DNA of 59,351 nucleotides, counting the filler, from Barthelona sp. PAP020 (lineage: Eukaryota): the NCBI GenBank assembly GCA_040182905.1. It is 5 parts of 5 records of this genome, joined end to end, with 100 filler letters (N's around TTAATTAATTAA, not from the genome) between each part and the next. Parts side by side here need not be neighbours in the genome. Positions count along the whole stretch, not along the records: positions 35,736 to 47,528 come from JARQWU010000361.1; positions 47,629 to 59,351 come from JARQWU010000363.1; 3 more parts are not named here. One strand, 5' to 3'. The position numbers were made by a program, and so were the translations under genes. Shown here in pieces: positions 44,516 to 54,404 of this stretch; the stretch's first letter is position 1, and each line of letters opens with the position of its first letter. The notes under the pieces were generated by a model. It was not told the origin of the DNA, did no database searches, and worked only from the letters and a program-made list of their open reading frames with translations.

Positions 44516-45720
44516 AATTATAAAGAATAGAAAAATCCACAATTCTTCTGATTCTTTTTTTTTTATCCTGTTTAATGATTGGTATGATTTTACATTTATT
44601 GAAACCCTTAGGTAAATTGATAGCTGTTATACCAAAACATTAAAAAATGAAAAAGAATCCGAATCTTCTTCCGTTTCCAAAAGAATGATCCTGAGACAAA
44701 GAGTTAAAAAAAAAAATTTTTGTCTTGTTTTTGAAAAGTAGATTTGATTTTGTATAAATTGGACAAATAATTGGTTAATATTTTAAAATTGATCTCAATT
44801 GTAAAGTAAAACAAATATGAGACTCAATTGATCATTCTTAAACTTCAGATGAAAGCAATTCAAAGTTAAAATGCTGAAAATTTAATATCTATTTCACCAA
44901 AGGCATTCAATGCACTCTAGAATTACAGATTTAACAACTATTGAAACAGTCGTATAATGTTTTGAGCTAATCCGTTTGACAATCCACTACTAAACAATCA
45001 AATATTTGTGAATATTGATACATTTATATTCAACTGCAATTCTGCACTGTTCAAATATTCAGTTTTATATGGATAGGGAAAATCTCCAACCCACTTTCTT
45101 TTTCAAACAAATTTTCATCCAAAATTAGGACCTTTTGATCAAACAGGACAAAGTTTTGTATAGCGGTGGACATATGGTAAAAAAACAAAACTGAAGAATT
45201 TAAGGAGCTGCCGCACAGCCTATGCGGTTCTTTCGGTTCGCTGATTGATTTTGAAAAAGCAGTATTCTAAATTATGGCAGTTTGCCCAACATATTTTCAA
45301 TTTGCAGGCATTTAGAGTTTTCACACAAAGTGTGAGCTGTGGATTCAAATCTCCCCGATCTAAATACTGATTCAGCACAATTTGAAAAGAAAAATTGAAA
45401 CAGGATAAAAACAATTTCTTTTTTATCATTACATAAATGCAATACAGCTAAAGCAATAATCTCTGTTGTAAATTTGAAAAAGGGTAGCCAAGTTTTTTTT
45501 TTGGTTTTTTTTTTATATTTGTATTTCTTGAGCATGAATTTATTGAAACATAATAATAAACAAGATAAACATGGAAGACATTTGGCCAGCACATGAAAAA
45601 TCTTTCCAAATCTTCAATTTTTGTGATGTGTCTTTCATCAATAATTCTACAGTTTTCTTTTCACGTTTGAATTCAACAGAATAATTTAGTCAAAGCATTT
45701 TTATTGTTTTCAAAAGAAAA

Positions 45721-46962
45721 ATGGCTGACTGGAAAAAAGTTATTGATATCAATCAAGTTTGTGAATACAAATATAGCAAATGTAACATCTTCTTTGGAGT
45801 TGGTGCTATCAACAAATTTGAAGATATTTTACAAAGAACTGGTGCTAAAAAAGTTGGTTTCGTTGCTTCTCGTGGTGCTTATCAAAAAACTGGTGCTTGG
45901 GCTATTCTTGAAAAGCTTTTAAAGGAACACAATGTTGAATACAAACTATACAACAAGGTAACTGCAAATCCTGAAACTGTCCATGTTGATGAAGCTCGTG
46001 AATTTTTCTATGGTGACAATCAATGGACTCCTGATTTCCTTTGTGGTATTGGTGGTGGTTCACCTATTGATGCTTGTAAGGCTTTGGCTATTACAATGAA
46101 GTATCCTGAACAATCTTGTATGGACCTTTTCACCTTCAAGTTCACTCCAACTGAATCTGTTCCTGTTGTGGCCATCAATTTAACTCATGGTACTGGTACT
46201 GAATCCAATCGTTTTGCTGTTGTTTCAGTTTTGGTCGATGAAAACGGACAAGCCATGGATATTCCTTTCAAACCTTGTATTGCTTACGACATTTCTTATC
46301 CTATTTATTCCATTGATGATCCTGCCTTGCTGGTTACATTGCCTGGCAAACAAACTTTGTACACTGCTGTTGATGCTTTGAATCACGTTACCGAAGCCTG
46401 TTCAACTCTTCTTAAGACACCATTTTCCATTAATATTGCTCACGAGGTTGTCAACTATATTGTTGAGTATTTACCAAAAGCCGTTGCTGATCCTGAAGAT
46501 TTAACTGCCAGATATTGGTTATTGTATGCTTCAATGTTGGCTGGACAAGCTTTTGATGTTTCTTTACTTCATTTAACTCATGCTCTCGAACACACCCTAT
46601 CTGCCTATGTTCCTGAATTGCCTCATGCCTTGGGATTATCCATGATTCTTCCAGCTGTGTTGAAACACTGTTATGATCATAACGCTGAGATTTTTGCATA
46701 TGTTTATGAGAAGATTATTCCTAATCTTGAAGGAAAGGCTGGTGAAGGTGCCATGGTTGCCAAGAAGATGGAAGAATGGTTAGTGAGCGTTGGAATCACT
46801 GAAAAGCTTAAAGATTTCTTTACCAAAGAACAAGTTGATACACTTGTTGATTCTACACACAAGACACCCGGTATGGATGGCTTGTTGGCTTTGAGCCCAT
46901 TTGAAATTAATGATGAAATTCTTGCTGACATATTTGAATCTTCCTTTGAATACATGCCCTAA
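45721..46962 (+). CDS. iron-containing (family III) alcohol dehydrogenase, prokaryote-type
   Basis: GIGGGSPID, INLTHGTGTE, metal ligands VDALNHVTEA / LLHLTHALEH / PHALGL, and KPCIAYDISYPIYSIDDP. Confidence 0.95.
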   Translation: MADWKKVIDINQVCEYKYSKCNIFFGVGAINKFEDILQRTGAKKVGFVASRGAYQKTGAWAILEKLLKEHNVEYKLYNKVTANPETVHVDEAREFFYGDNQWTPDFLCGIGGGSPIDACKALAITMKYPEQSCMDLFTFKFTPTESVPVVAINLTHGTGTESNRFAVVSVLVDENGQAMDIPFKPCIAYDISYPIYSIDDPALLVTLPGKQTLYTAVDALNHVTEACSTLLKTPFSINIAHEVVNYIVEYLPKAVADPEDLTARYWLLYASMLAGQAFDVSLLHLTHALEHTLSAYVPELPHALGLSMILPAVLKHCYDHNAEIFAYVYEKIIPNLEGKAGEGAMVAKKMEEWLVSVGITEKLKDFFTKEQVDTLVDSTHKTPGMDGLLALSPFEINDEILADIFESSFEYMP

Positions 46963-47179
46963 GGTTATCCAGATCCTCTGAATTAGTTGTAAATGAAAAC
47001 AGTAAGTTTTGTTTTTGACAAAAATGTGAGCTGGTTCAAACAAAAGAAATTGAAATTGAACTTCTGTGAGAGGACAAGATTTTATTCTCCGAAAAATCCT
47101 TCAACAATTGAAGAACAATTAGAAATTTACCAGTGGGAAAGAAGAAGGATTGCCATACTTTTATTTAGATAATCGCCCC

Positions 47180-47320
47180 ATCCACACCTAAAGTATTTCT
47201 TTTTTTTTAAAAAATGTTCTAAACCATCCACGCAAAACGACTCAGTTGCAACTACCCCCAAACCCTAACCGAGAACAGTAAAGATCTTTATAAACATTTA
47301 TTGTTATTGTCGTGTGAACA
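47180..47320 (+). repeat. dispersed repeat family B, copy 2
   Basis: Aligns block-by-block with 24423-24584. Confidence 0.8.
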
Positions 47321-47414
47321 GCAAAGATACCATGGAGAAATTTACCCAACCCCGGTTAGTAAATTTAAATTAAAGCCTTTAATTTTGACCTTTCGTCCAA
47401 CGTGAATTAATAAT

Positions 47415-47490
47415 GAAGCGCAGCGGACGTTTCACAAGGAGGGAAAAAGAAAAGCGTGAAGAAATGCGCCAGAATTTGAATCAAGCAAAA
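47415..47490 (+). repeat. dispersed repeat family A, copy 2
   Basis: GAAGCGCAGCGGACGTTTCACAAG...TGAATCAAGCAAAA. ATG at 47413 opens a frame (MKRSGRFTRREKEKREEMRQNLNQAKFLVFQ...) that stays open to the contig end. Confidence 0.7.
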
Positions 47491-47528
47491 TTTCTCGTAT
47501 TTCAGAATTTATCAAATAATAAAACAAC

Positions 47529-47628
47529 NNNNNNNNNNNNNNNNNNNNNNNNNNNNNNNNNNNNNNNNNNNNTTAATTAATTAANNNNNNNNNNNNNNNN
47601 NNNNNNNNNNNNNNNNNNNNNNNNNNNN
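47529..47628. other. artificial contig linker
   Basis: 44N-TTAATTAATTAA-44N. Confidence 0.97.
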
Positions 47629-47790
47629 AAAAAAAAAAAAAAATTTTAAAAAAAAAAATAAAAAAGAGAAAAAAAAAAAAAAAAATGAATGGTATCAAAA
47701 GACTTGTTTGTTTAATGAGCCATCAAAATTGAAAGGTTACAATTAATTACGAAAAATATTATATAATTAATATACAAATACAAATATTTT

Positions 47791-50676
47791 ATGTTGAACA
47801 TTGAAGAAATTCAAGACGAAATCGAATTTAGTGTTGGTAAGTTGTTATTACCTTCATATTCAGATTATTCTTGGTATCATACCAATTCTTCTATTGATAA
47901 AAGTAAAGGTGTTTATAAAGAAATTAAAGATAAACCATTATCTTTAAAACATTTTGAAAAAATATATTGTGATAAAAATTATCATAGTTTTTGTGAAAAG
48001 ACCAGGTTAATTGGACATCATTTACAATTTCCAATATTTACTTCAAGTATTAAACATGAAACAAAAATTTTCACAATTATTTACACTATCAATGAGAGTA
48101 AAATTCCTCAATTAGAGTTTGTATTACCTGGGTATTGTAATTGCATTGGCGCTTCTATTTCTTTGATAGCAAACCATCGATTATTATTAAGTTTTCAAAC
48201 TTTGTCTGATAGCAAAGAAAGTGCGTATTATACAATGTTAATAGATCGAGTTAATATATCAAGGGGGCAAATAAACATAGATTTTAATTGTTTGTGGTTT
48301 GACTTAGATGTGGATAAATATCGAATAGCTAGATTTGTTAGTACCAAGAAAGATCGATTTTTTATTGGTATTATTGATGTTGGGTTAATGTTTTATTCGA
48401 TTAAACCCGTTAAAAGTAATGAATATCTGATTAAATTTAAACATATTATCAATATTGAAATGTTACCAGATTTAAATGAATGGTTAACCAATTCTATTGT
48501 TTATATACATAGTTATTATTCAATTGAAACTGGTAATACTGAAATAACCATTTTTTCGAAAACAATTCAAAATGACATATATGTTATAACTCATTTGAAA
48601 TATTTCACTGATTTGGATAATTTATCAATAATTTATTGGGGAATTCATCCATTAAATATCAGATTTGACAAAGAAAAGAATTTTGATATTGCAGCAAGTT
48701 TTAATTCTTCTGCTTCAATTCAAGTTGTTCATTTATCAGAAGATTTGTTTTGTATTTGTTTTATTGATAAAAAAATTGATGAAAATGAGATTTCGATCCT
48801 TATTTTACACAGGATGAAAATTATCAATTTTTCTTTATCAAGATTAAGTAACAATAATGAAACAATAAATAGCACTGTATTCTTTTTACCTTTTTTTCAT
48901 TATCTATTAGTCATTTATCATGATAGAGCTATTTCTTTTGATTTAAATTTAAATCATAGACTTGGCGCAGGTCCTGTTTTTAATTTTCATAATTTCAACC
49001 TGAATAATCAATTGTTTTTAGAATTAATGAAAACTGACTATTCTAACAGTCAAATAATCATACCTTTATTTTTATCCAATAAAAAATTAGTTTTAACTTT
49101 AACCGACCATTTATCAATGTTCAAACAAGCTAAAACAATAAATGAATGTATGACATTCATTCATTTTATGTTTTTTCATCAAAATCTGTGCAATGAAGAT
49201 TTATTTTTGGAAATCATCAACCTAATCTTTCAAAGTTTGAAAAGTGAGAAGTTTGAAAGTTTTGAAAGTTTTGAAATTTTGGAATTTTTTTTGATGGAAT
49301 ATACATTATATAGAATCATTAAAGCACAGGATAATTTACTAGATGATATTCATTTAAAAAACCAAACTAATAAAAATACTGAAAATAGAAATAGATGGAT
49401 TGAATTATTATTTCCAAACACTAACCTTACATCCATTAAAAACAATAATAAGAAGAATAATTATTGTTCTTTGACATTATATGTTGATAATTTTAAGGAA
49501 GTGACTTTACAAAAGTATGATTCAAACAATGAAATCATTTTGCCTCAATCTTGGTTGATATCAGATTTTTATACGTCTTATACAGTTGAAGATCATAATC
49601 CCAATGAAATTAATGACTTAAACGTTAATAATGAAATGACCAATGATATATTAATGTTAACACCTATACAAAATTCAATAAAAGAGTTGATGGTTCAAAC
49701 CATTTTTAATTTTCAAATATTTAAACAATTAATTCCTTTGGAAGAGTTTAAGAATGAAAAGGTTACGTTTTTAAGCAGAGTAAAGACATATTTTAAAAAC
49801 GCTTTCTCAATAGTTGAAGAAAAGGAAATATTTTCAAAAAAATATTTGGAAAATTCCAAAATTTTGGCAGTTAAGAGTGTTAAAAACTTTATCATTGAAA
49901 AATTGTCAAGATTTCGTAGCAATATGATGGATTTTTCTTCATCTGCTGAAAATTTTGGACCTATGGATATTGAAACAATCGCATTGACCTTTATTGACCA
50001 ATTTATTAAAAGTTTTAATGAAATTTGGCAAAAAATAGCTGTTGTTGATAATTATTGTTTTCAAATTGATTTACAAATGTTAAAAATTAGTAAAAAATTT
50101 GGAATCTATAATATATATCAAGAAATTTCGAATCAATTTGTCATTAATTGTTTAGAAAATTTATCTGATGTTGACCTTTCTCAATATTTTTTGCACAATG
50201 CTTTTCCTAGCATATTTCTAGGAAATGCTGACCATTACAATTCAATTGAAAATTATTTGTTCGATAACCTAAATTCTATTTTTAATTATACCTTTTTAAA
50301 CATGTTTTTCAAAGAAGAACAAATTTTTAACAGATTTTTAAATGATTTCAATATTAATCTGATTGATAATATTCATTTGGAGAGTTTTGATCGTTTGGTT
50401 TGTTATGGTTTGTACAATAGTATTGTTAATTTGGTTTTTAAAGAAAGATTAGATTTACAGGAAGTCTATTGTCTTGATTGTACAAATGATTTACCTGCTT
50501 TAGAATCTCTTTTTGAAATAATTCAATTCAACTTTTTTAATGGGGATAATGCTATTATATTCTTTGATGAAATTAAATCTTCTTATCCTTCAGATGGTGC
50601 TTCAATTGTAAATAATCTTTTTGAAACATTTTATAATCCAGATGACATATTTTTGGAAGTTTCAACTTTGCCCTAA
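47791..50676 (+). CDS. large beta-rich/helical protein, possibly GSAP/pigeon-like
   Basis: 961-aa ORF. Segment LFCICFIDKKIDENEISILILHRMKIINF...FFLPFFHYLLVIYHDRAISFDLNLNH parallels GSAP LCVCY...ITYSVFYIHKGHSKTF...FLNLDYYVAVYLPGHFFHLLNVQH. The CDS is solid; the family is tentative. Confidence 0.55.
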   Translation: MLNIEEIQDEIEFSVGKLLLPSYSDYSWYHTNSSIDKSKGVYKEIKDKPLSLKHFEKIYCDKNYHSFCEKTRLIGHHLQFPIFTSSIKHETKIFTIIYTINESKIPQLEFVLPGYCNCIGASISLIANHRLLLSFQTLSDSKESAYYTMLIDRVNISRGQINIDFNCLWFDLDVDKYRIARFVSTKKDRFFIGIIDVGLMFYSIKPVKSNEYLIKFKHIINIEMLPDLNEWLTNSIVYIHSYYSIETGNTEITIFSKTIQNDIYVITHLKYFTDLDNLSIIYWGIHPLNIRFDKEKNFDIAASFNSSASIQVVHLSEDLFCICFIDKKIDENEISILILHRMKIINFSLSRLSNNNETINSTVFFLPFFHYLLVIYHDRAISFDLNLNHRLGAGPVFNFHNFNLNNQLFLELMKTDYSNSQIIIPLFLSNKKLVLTLTDHLSMFKQAKTINECMTFIHFMFFHQNLCNEDLFLEIINLIFQSLKSEKFESFESFEILEFFLMEYTLYRIIKAQDNLLDDIHLKNQTNKNTENRNRWIELLFPNTNLTSIKNNNKKNNYCSLTLYVDNFKEVTLQKYDSNNEIILPQSWLISDFYTSYTVEDHNPNEINDLNVNNEMTNDILMLTPIQNSIKELMVQTIFNFQIFKQLIPLEEFKNEKVTFLSRVKTYFKNAFSIVEEKEIFSKKYLENSKILAVKSVKNFIIEKLSRFRSNMMDFSSSAENFGPMDIETIALTFIDQFIKSFNEIWQKIAVVDNYCFQIDLQMLKISKKFGIYNIYQEISNQFVINCLENLSDVDLSQYFLHNAFPSIFLGNADHYNSIENYLFDNLNSIFNYTFLNMFFKEEQIFNRFLNDFNINLIDNIHLESFDRLVCYGLYNSIVNLVFKERLDLQEVYCLDCTNDLPALESLFEIIQFNFFNGDNAIIFFDEIKSSYPSDGASIVNNLFETFYNPDDIFLEVSTLP

Positions 50677-51020
50677 TTGTTCTTTAGAAAGGAAAGAATT
50701 GTTTTTTATGTTTTGGTATCATGAAAATGATACAAAGAAATTAGAGAAATTTTTGATGTTTGTTTTCACCATAAAATTTTGTTCTTTTTGTTTTTTCATT
50801 TAACTTTCACTGTTTTAAAGAACTTTTGGTGCTTCATTTAAAAAATAAAGTTGAATAAACAAGGGTATTTAACGAAAAAGAAATGTGTGAAGGAAACAAG
50901 TTTTAAAAGCATTTTTGATTTAACAAACAAAAAATGATAAATAAATAATTAAATCGACCAAAAAAGAAACAAATTGAATGATAACAATTCTTTCCATTTC
51001 AAACACCAATTTTGTTTCTT

Positions 51021-51052
51021 TTATGATTGGTTATGATTGGTTATGATTGGTT
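51021..51052 (+). repeat. 10-bp tandem repeat (TTATGATTGG)x3 spanning the start codon
   Basis: Three exact copies at 51021-51050 plus TT. Each contains an ATG (51023, 51033, 51043). Confidence 0.9.
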
Positions 51053-52619
51053 TTTTATAATTTTAGTGGTATTAACAATGGTATATGGGAATGATACATA
51101 TTCAAATCAAGAAATTTCAAAAATCTTTTTGGACCTTCCAGATGCTCAAGAAAGCGTTGACAATTTTTTTGAATATTATGATCAATTGACGGAATTATTA
51201 GTTGATAGTGTAAAAATATATTATTTAACAGGCAAATATGATGAAGATTGCAGTATTCTCTTTGGCATTGAGAAAGAATTTAATGACACGTCGAGTTGTG
51301 TCAAGGGTCCATTTTCTGAACAACATTGTAATTGTGAAGGAATGTCAAAGAATTTTGTTCATCCAACATTATGGACAATGACAGGAAATCTGTTGTCAAA
51401 AGAAAAATATTTTGATAGCTGTCGAATGAAACCTGTGATGAATGTTGCAAAAAGTGTTGTTTCTTTTTCTCCAAACATTTCTACTGTGCATATCAATTAT
51501 AAACATGATTTTATTTGGATTTATCCAGGTTTAGCAGGGGATATTGTAGAAAATATGTCTTCGAATGAAAGTTGTTTGTATCGAAGTGGTATAGCATCTG
51601 ATTTTCCGATTACTAAACGACCATGGTATTCATTTGCAACTGTCAACACAAGAAATATAATTTTTATAATAAAATGCTCTGAAAATATGAAAAATAAGCA
51701 ATTTTCGATTATTGAAATGCTTGAACACATCTTTTCTTTTTTGACCATTCAAGACTCTATATTTGTTATTTTAGAGGCAGATAAGAGTTATGTATTGTTT
51801 AAAGACTTTGTTGAATTCACTTTTGAAGTCAAAGAATTTTTTTTAATGAGATTAAAGGCCTTCAAATTTTCTGGACTTCATTTTGAAAGATTAGGAATGG
51901 ATTTGGCAGAAGACATTTTAACAAAAGGCAACTTCAATGGGTGTGTTTCATTTATTTACATCATATCTGATGAATATTCACCCATAACAACCGAATTATC
52001 ACCAATGTTCTTACAAAAGAATGTTCATATCAATTCTTTTATTATCAGTAATGTATTTAATATAGTTTTACATAGGTGGAGTTGTGTGACAAAAGGATTG
52101 AGTTATAATGTTCCAAATATTGAACAATTCAAAAAAAAATATTCAAATGTTCACGCTCTTGCTACTATTTCCAGTGAAGGTTCAAAGACGTTTTGGACTG
52201 TTCCTTTTAAATACTGGAAAACAGATGTTCTTCTCACTTCCGCTTCAAAACCATATTTTATTGATGGAATTTTGATGGGTGTGGTTACCATCAATCTTGA
52301 ATGGAAAGAAAGTATAATATCTTCTTCTGATATCTCTGATTATATAAAGAGAAAAGTCTGTTTCAAAAATAATTTCACTTTTGATCAATTGGAAGCTGTC
52401 AGAGATTTAAAATGTATTTCTGAAAGTTCTTTTGAAAATGGTTCTTGTTATGTCGAGACTTTCAAAGGGTTTTTTATGTCTTTGGTTTTATTGATTGGAA
52501 TCTTACCAATATTAAAAATTTATCAGAAAATTAACGATAGTAAACATGCCAAAGAAAAAGATTATTCAACCACAAAGTATTTTCATTATCGAAAATCAGA
52601 TATTTTTTCAAACAATTAG
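51033..52619 (+). CDS. type I membrane protein with dCache + VWA-like domains (alpha2delta/CACHD1-like)
   Basis: Signal peptide; WIYPG...FPITKRPWY...RNIIFIIKCSENM (alpha2delta YD.R.RPWY...KD.LILVD.SGS); FWTVPF...LLTSASKPYF...LMGVVTINL; C-terminal TM. Confidence 0.75.
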   Translation: MIGYDWFFIILVVLTMVYGNDTYSNQEISKIFLDLPDAQESVDNFFEYYDQLTELLVDSVKIYYLTGKYDEDCSILFGIEKEFNDTSSCVKGPFSEQHCNCEGMSKNFVHPTLWTMTGNLLSKEKYFDSCRMKPVMNVAKSVVSFSPNISTVHINYKHDFIWIYPGLAGDIVENMSSNESCLYRSGIASDFPITKRPWYSFATVNTRNIIFIIKCSENMKNKQFSIIEMLEHIFSFLTIQDSIFVILEADKSYVLFKDFVEFTFEVKEFFLMRLKAFKFSGLHFERLGMDLAEDILTKGNFNGCVSFIYIISDEYSPITTELSPMFLQKNVHINSFIISNVFNIVLHRWSCVTKGLSYNVPNIEQFKKKYSNVHALATISSEGSKTFWTVPFKYWKTDVLLTSASKPYFIDGILMGVVTINLEWKESIISSSDISDYIKRKVCFKNNFTFDQLEAVRDLKCISESSFENGSCYVETFKGFFMSLVLLIGILPILKIYQKINDSKHAKEKDYSTTKYFHYRKSDIFSNN

Positions 52620-52994
52620 AAATGTTAACAATTTCTCAATTTTTATATTTTATGAAAGAAAATTTTAGAAGTTATAGCTTAATGTAACACTTTAGTCCAC
52701 CTCTTGAATCCAATAGTCTTCAATTTTAACTTTTCTTTTATTTCAAAATATAAATACGACACTTATTTCTTTTGTAGTTCTTTAAATGAAAGAAATTAAA
52801 CACTTCATCAAGTTGATTTGTACTGCAAGTATTATGATAATTCGATCTCTTGAATTGATTTCTTTTGGCCAAGTAAATTTTTTAATAAACAATGTAAATT
52901 TGATATTTGTTTTATGTTCAATAACCAAATCAAAAAAACGGCTTTAAACATTTTCGTTCCAAATCGAAATCTGATTTTCTTTTTTTATTCATCA

Positions 52995-53492
52995 ATGGGA
53001 TTTTTACGAATAGCAGTAATTGGTACAAAAGCATCCGGAAAATCAACAATAACAAATTTCTTGGCGGATTACAATTCAAATCGAGAATTAGATGAATACA
53101 CTCCAACTGCCGTTTTACGAATTTTAAAACCAAAATTTAATCTTTCAGCTGGTGAAACTCTTGTTGAATTGTGGGATTTTGGCAATGAATATCATGTTCT
53201 GCCTGCAATAGCGAAAGATGCTGATGGTGTTTTATTTGTTGTTGATCCAAATAATGTTGATGCAGATGATCTAGAAGCTTTTAGAAATGCTTTTCATGAG
53301 ATTAATCATGAAAAAGCTTTAGTCTTAATGCATTCAAAAACGAGGTCAAGCCAAGCCCCTCCCAGCTTACCGGAAGCTTTTCATGATATACCTATTATTC
53401 AAACAACAATGATGTCTAAGAATTCAATGAAAACCTTAAGAAATGAATTTTGTAATTTATGTGAAAGAATTGTTGCTTTAATGGAAGAGTAA
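52995..53492 (+). CDS. IFT22: intraflagellar transport protein 22 (Rab-like 5)
   Basis: LRIAVIGTKASGKSTITNFLAD, EYTPTAVLRIL and VELWD; G4 is degenerate (LMHSK) and there is no prenylation tail, as in IFT22/RABL5. Likely start MGFLR at 52995. Confidence 0.85.
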   Translation: MGFLRIAVIGTKASGKSTITNFLADYNSNRELDEYTPTAVLRILKPKFNLSAGETLVELWDFGNEYHVLPAIAKDADGVLFVVDPNNVDADDLEAFRNAFHEINHEKALVLMHSKTRSSQAPPSLPEAFHDIPIIQTTMMSKNSMKTLRNEFCNLCERIVALMEE

Positions 53493-53610
53493 TTTGAAGA
53501 AAACGTGTAAATTTTATACTTTGTTGTTGAACAATTAAATTATTTTATTGCAAAAAATCAAATTCTTCAATGATGATTTAAAGATATTTCGATATTAAAA
53601 TTGAAAATTC

Positions 53611-54333
53611 ATGTTTAAATATGTTTATTTAATACTTTTAGGGACTATTTATTGCATCAGTTGTGGACCTGGTGAATTTGTTGATGATGGAATTTGTGTT
53701 CGTTGTTTTCCTGGAACTTACAATCCATTGGGTTCAATAAATGCCACTAAATGTTTATCATGTCTTCCAGGAGAATTTTCATATTTTGGGGCAGATAATT
53801 GTACTTTATGTCCTCAAGGTTATTATGATCCGTACAAATGTGTTGACGGTTGTTTAGTTGATGATAATCAACCCGAAAATACATGTGTATCTTGCACCTA
53901 TGAATCTCAATGCAGTGGTTGTCCTCCTGGGTTCTTCACTGCTATACAAGGGTGTAGAGGTTTAAGTTGTTGTTTATCTTGTCCATTAGGATATTTTTGT
54001 CCTTCTTCTGGGACAGTATACCCTTTGGAATGCCCTGAAAATACGTATAATGATGAATTAAGTCAAAAAGAATGTAAAGTATGTGGATTTATGCAAATAA
54101 GTGATGAAGGTTCCATGAGATGCCAATTTTGCAATGGTTTTTTTATCTTCGTTTTTTTTATGCTGGTGATTTTTATAATTTCCATCATATGTTGCCTAAA
54201 TTCAAAAGTTGAATCAAATGATGCCATAGAAATTGAAAAAATATCGTTTTTATGGAAGAAGGAGAAATTGGAGCATCTAATGAACATTGATAACTTAAAT
54301 AATCCAAATATCGACAATCCTTTGATTTTATAA
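53611..54333 (+). CDS. cysteine-rich surface protein (GCC2/GCC3 / TNFR-like repeats) with signal peptide and TM
   Basis: Repeated C..C.PG.(Y/F) units (CFPGTYN, CLPGEFS, CPQGYYD, CPPGFFT, CPLGYFCP, CPENTYN); TM FFIFVFFMLVIFIISIICCL. Confidence 0.85.
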   Translation: MFKYVYLILLGTIYCISCGPGEFVDDGICVRCFPGTYNPLGSINATKCLSCLPGEFSYFGADNCTLCPQGYYDPYKCVDGCLVDDNQPENTCVSCTYESQCSGCPPGFFTAIQGCRGLSCCLSCPLGYFCPSSGTVYPLECPENTYNDELSQKECKVCGFMQISDEGSMRCQFCNGFFIFVFFMLVIFIISIICCLNSKVESNDAIEIEKISFLWKKEKLEHLMNIDNLNNPNIDNPLIL

Positions 54334-54404
54334 CTATAAGCTTGACACAATTATTATATATATATGCAAATCAGGAATTAATGGTGTTTTTTTTTTAAAT
54401 ATTA

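Noticed and set aside
45160..45400. Relatively GC-rich patch upstream of ADH with small hairpin CCGCA...TGCGG and short ORFs
   Set aside because: No recognisable RNA family or protein motif, and a 5-bp stem is not significant.
47260..47270. AAACCCTAACC as a telomerase RNA template or telomere
   Set aside because: Only 1.5 units, not conserved in the other repeat B copy, and no supporting structure seen.
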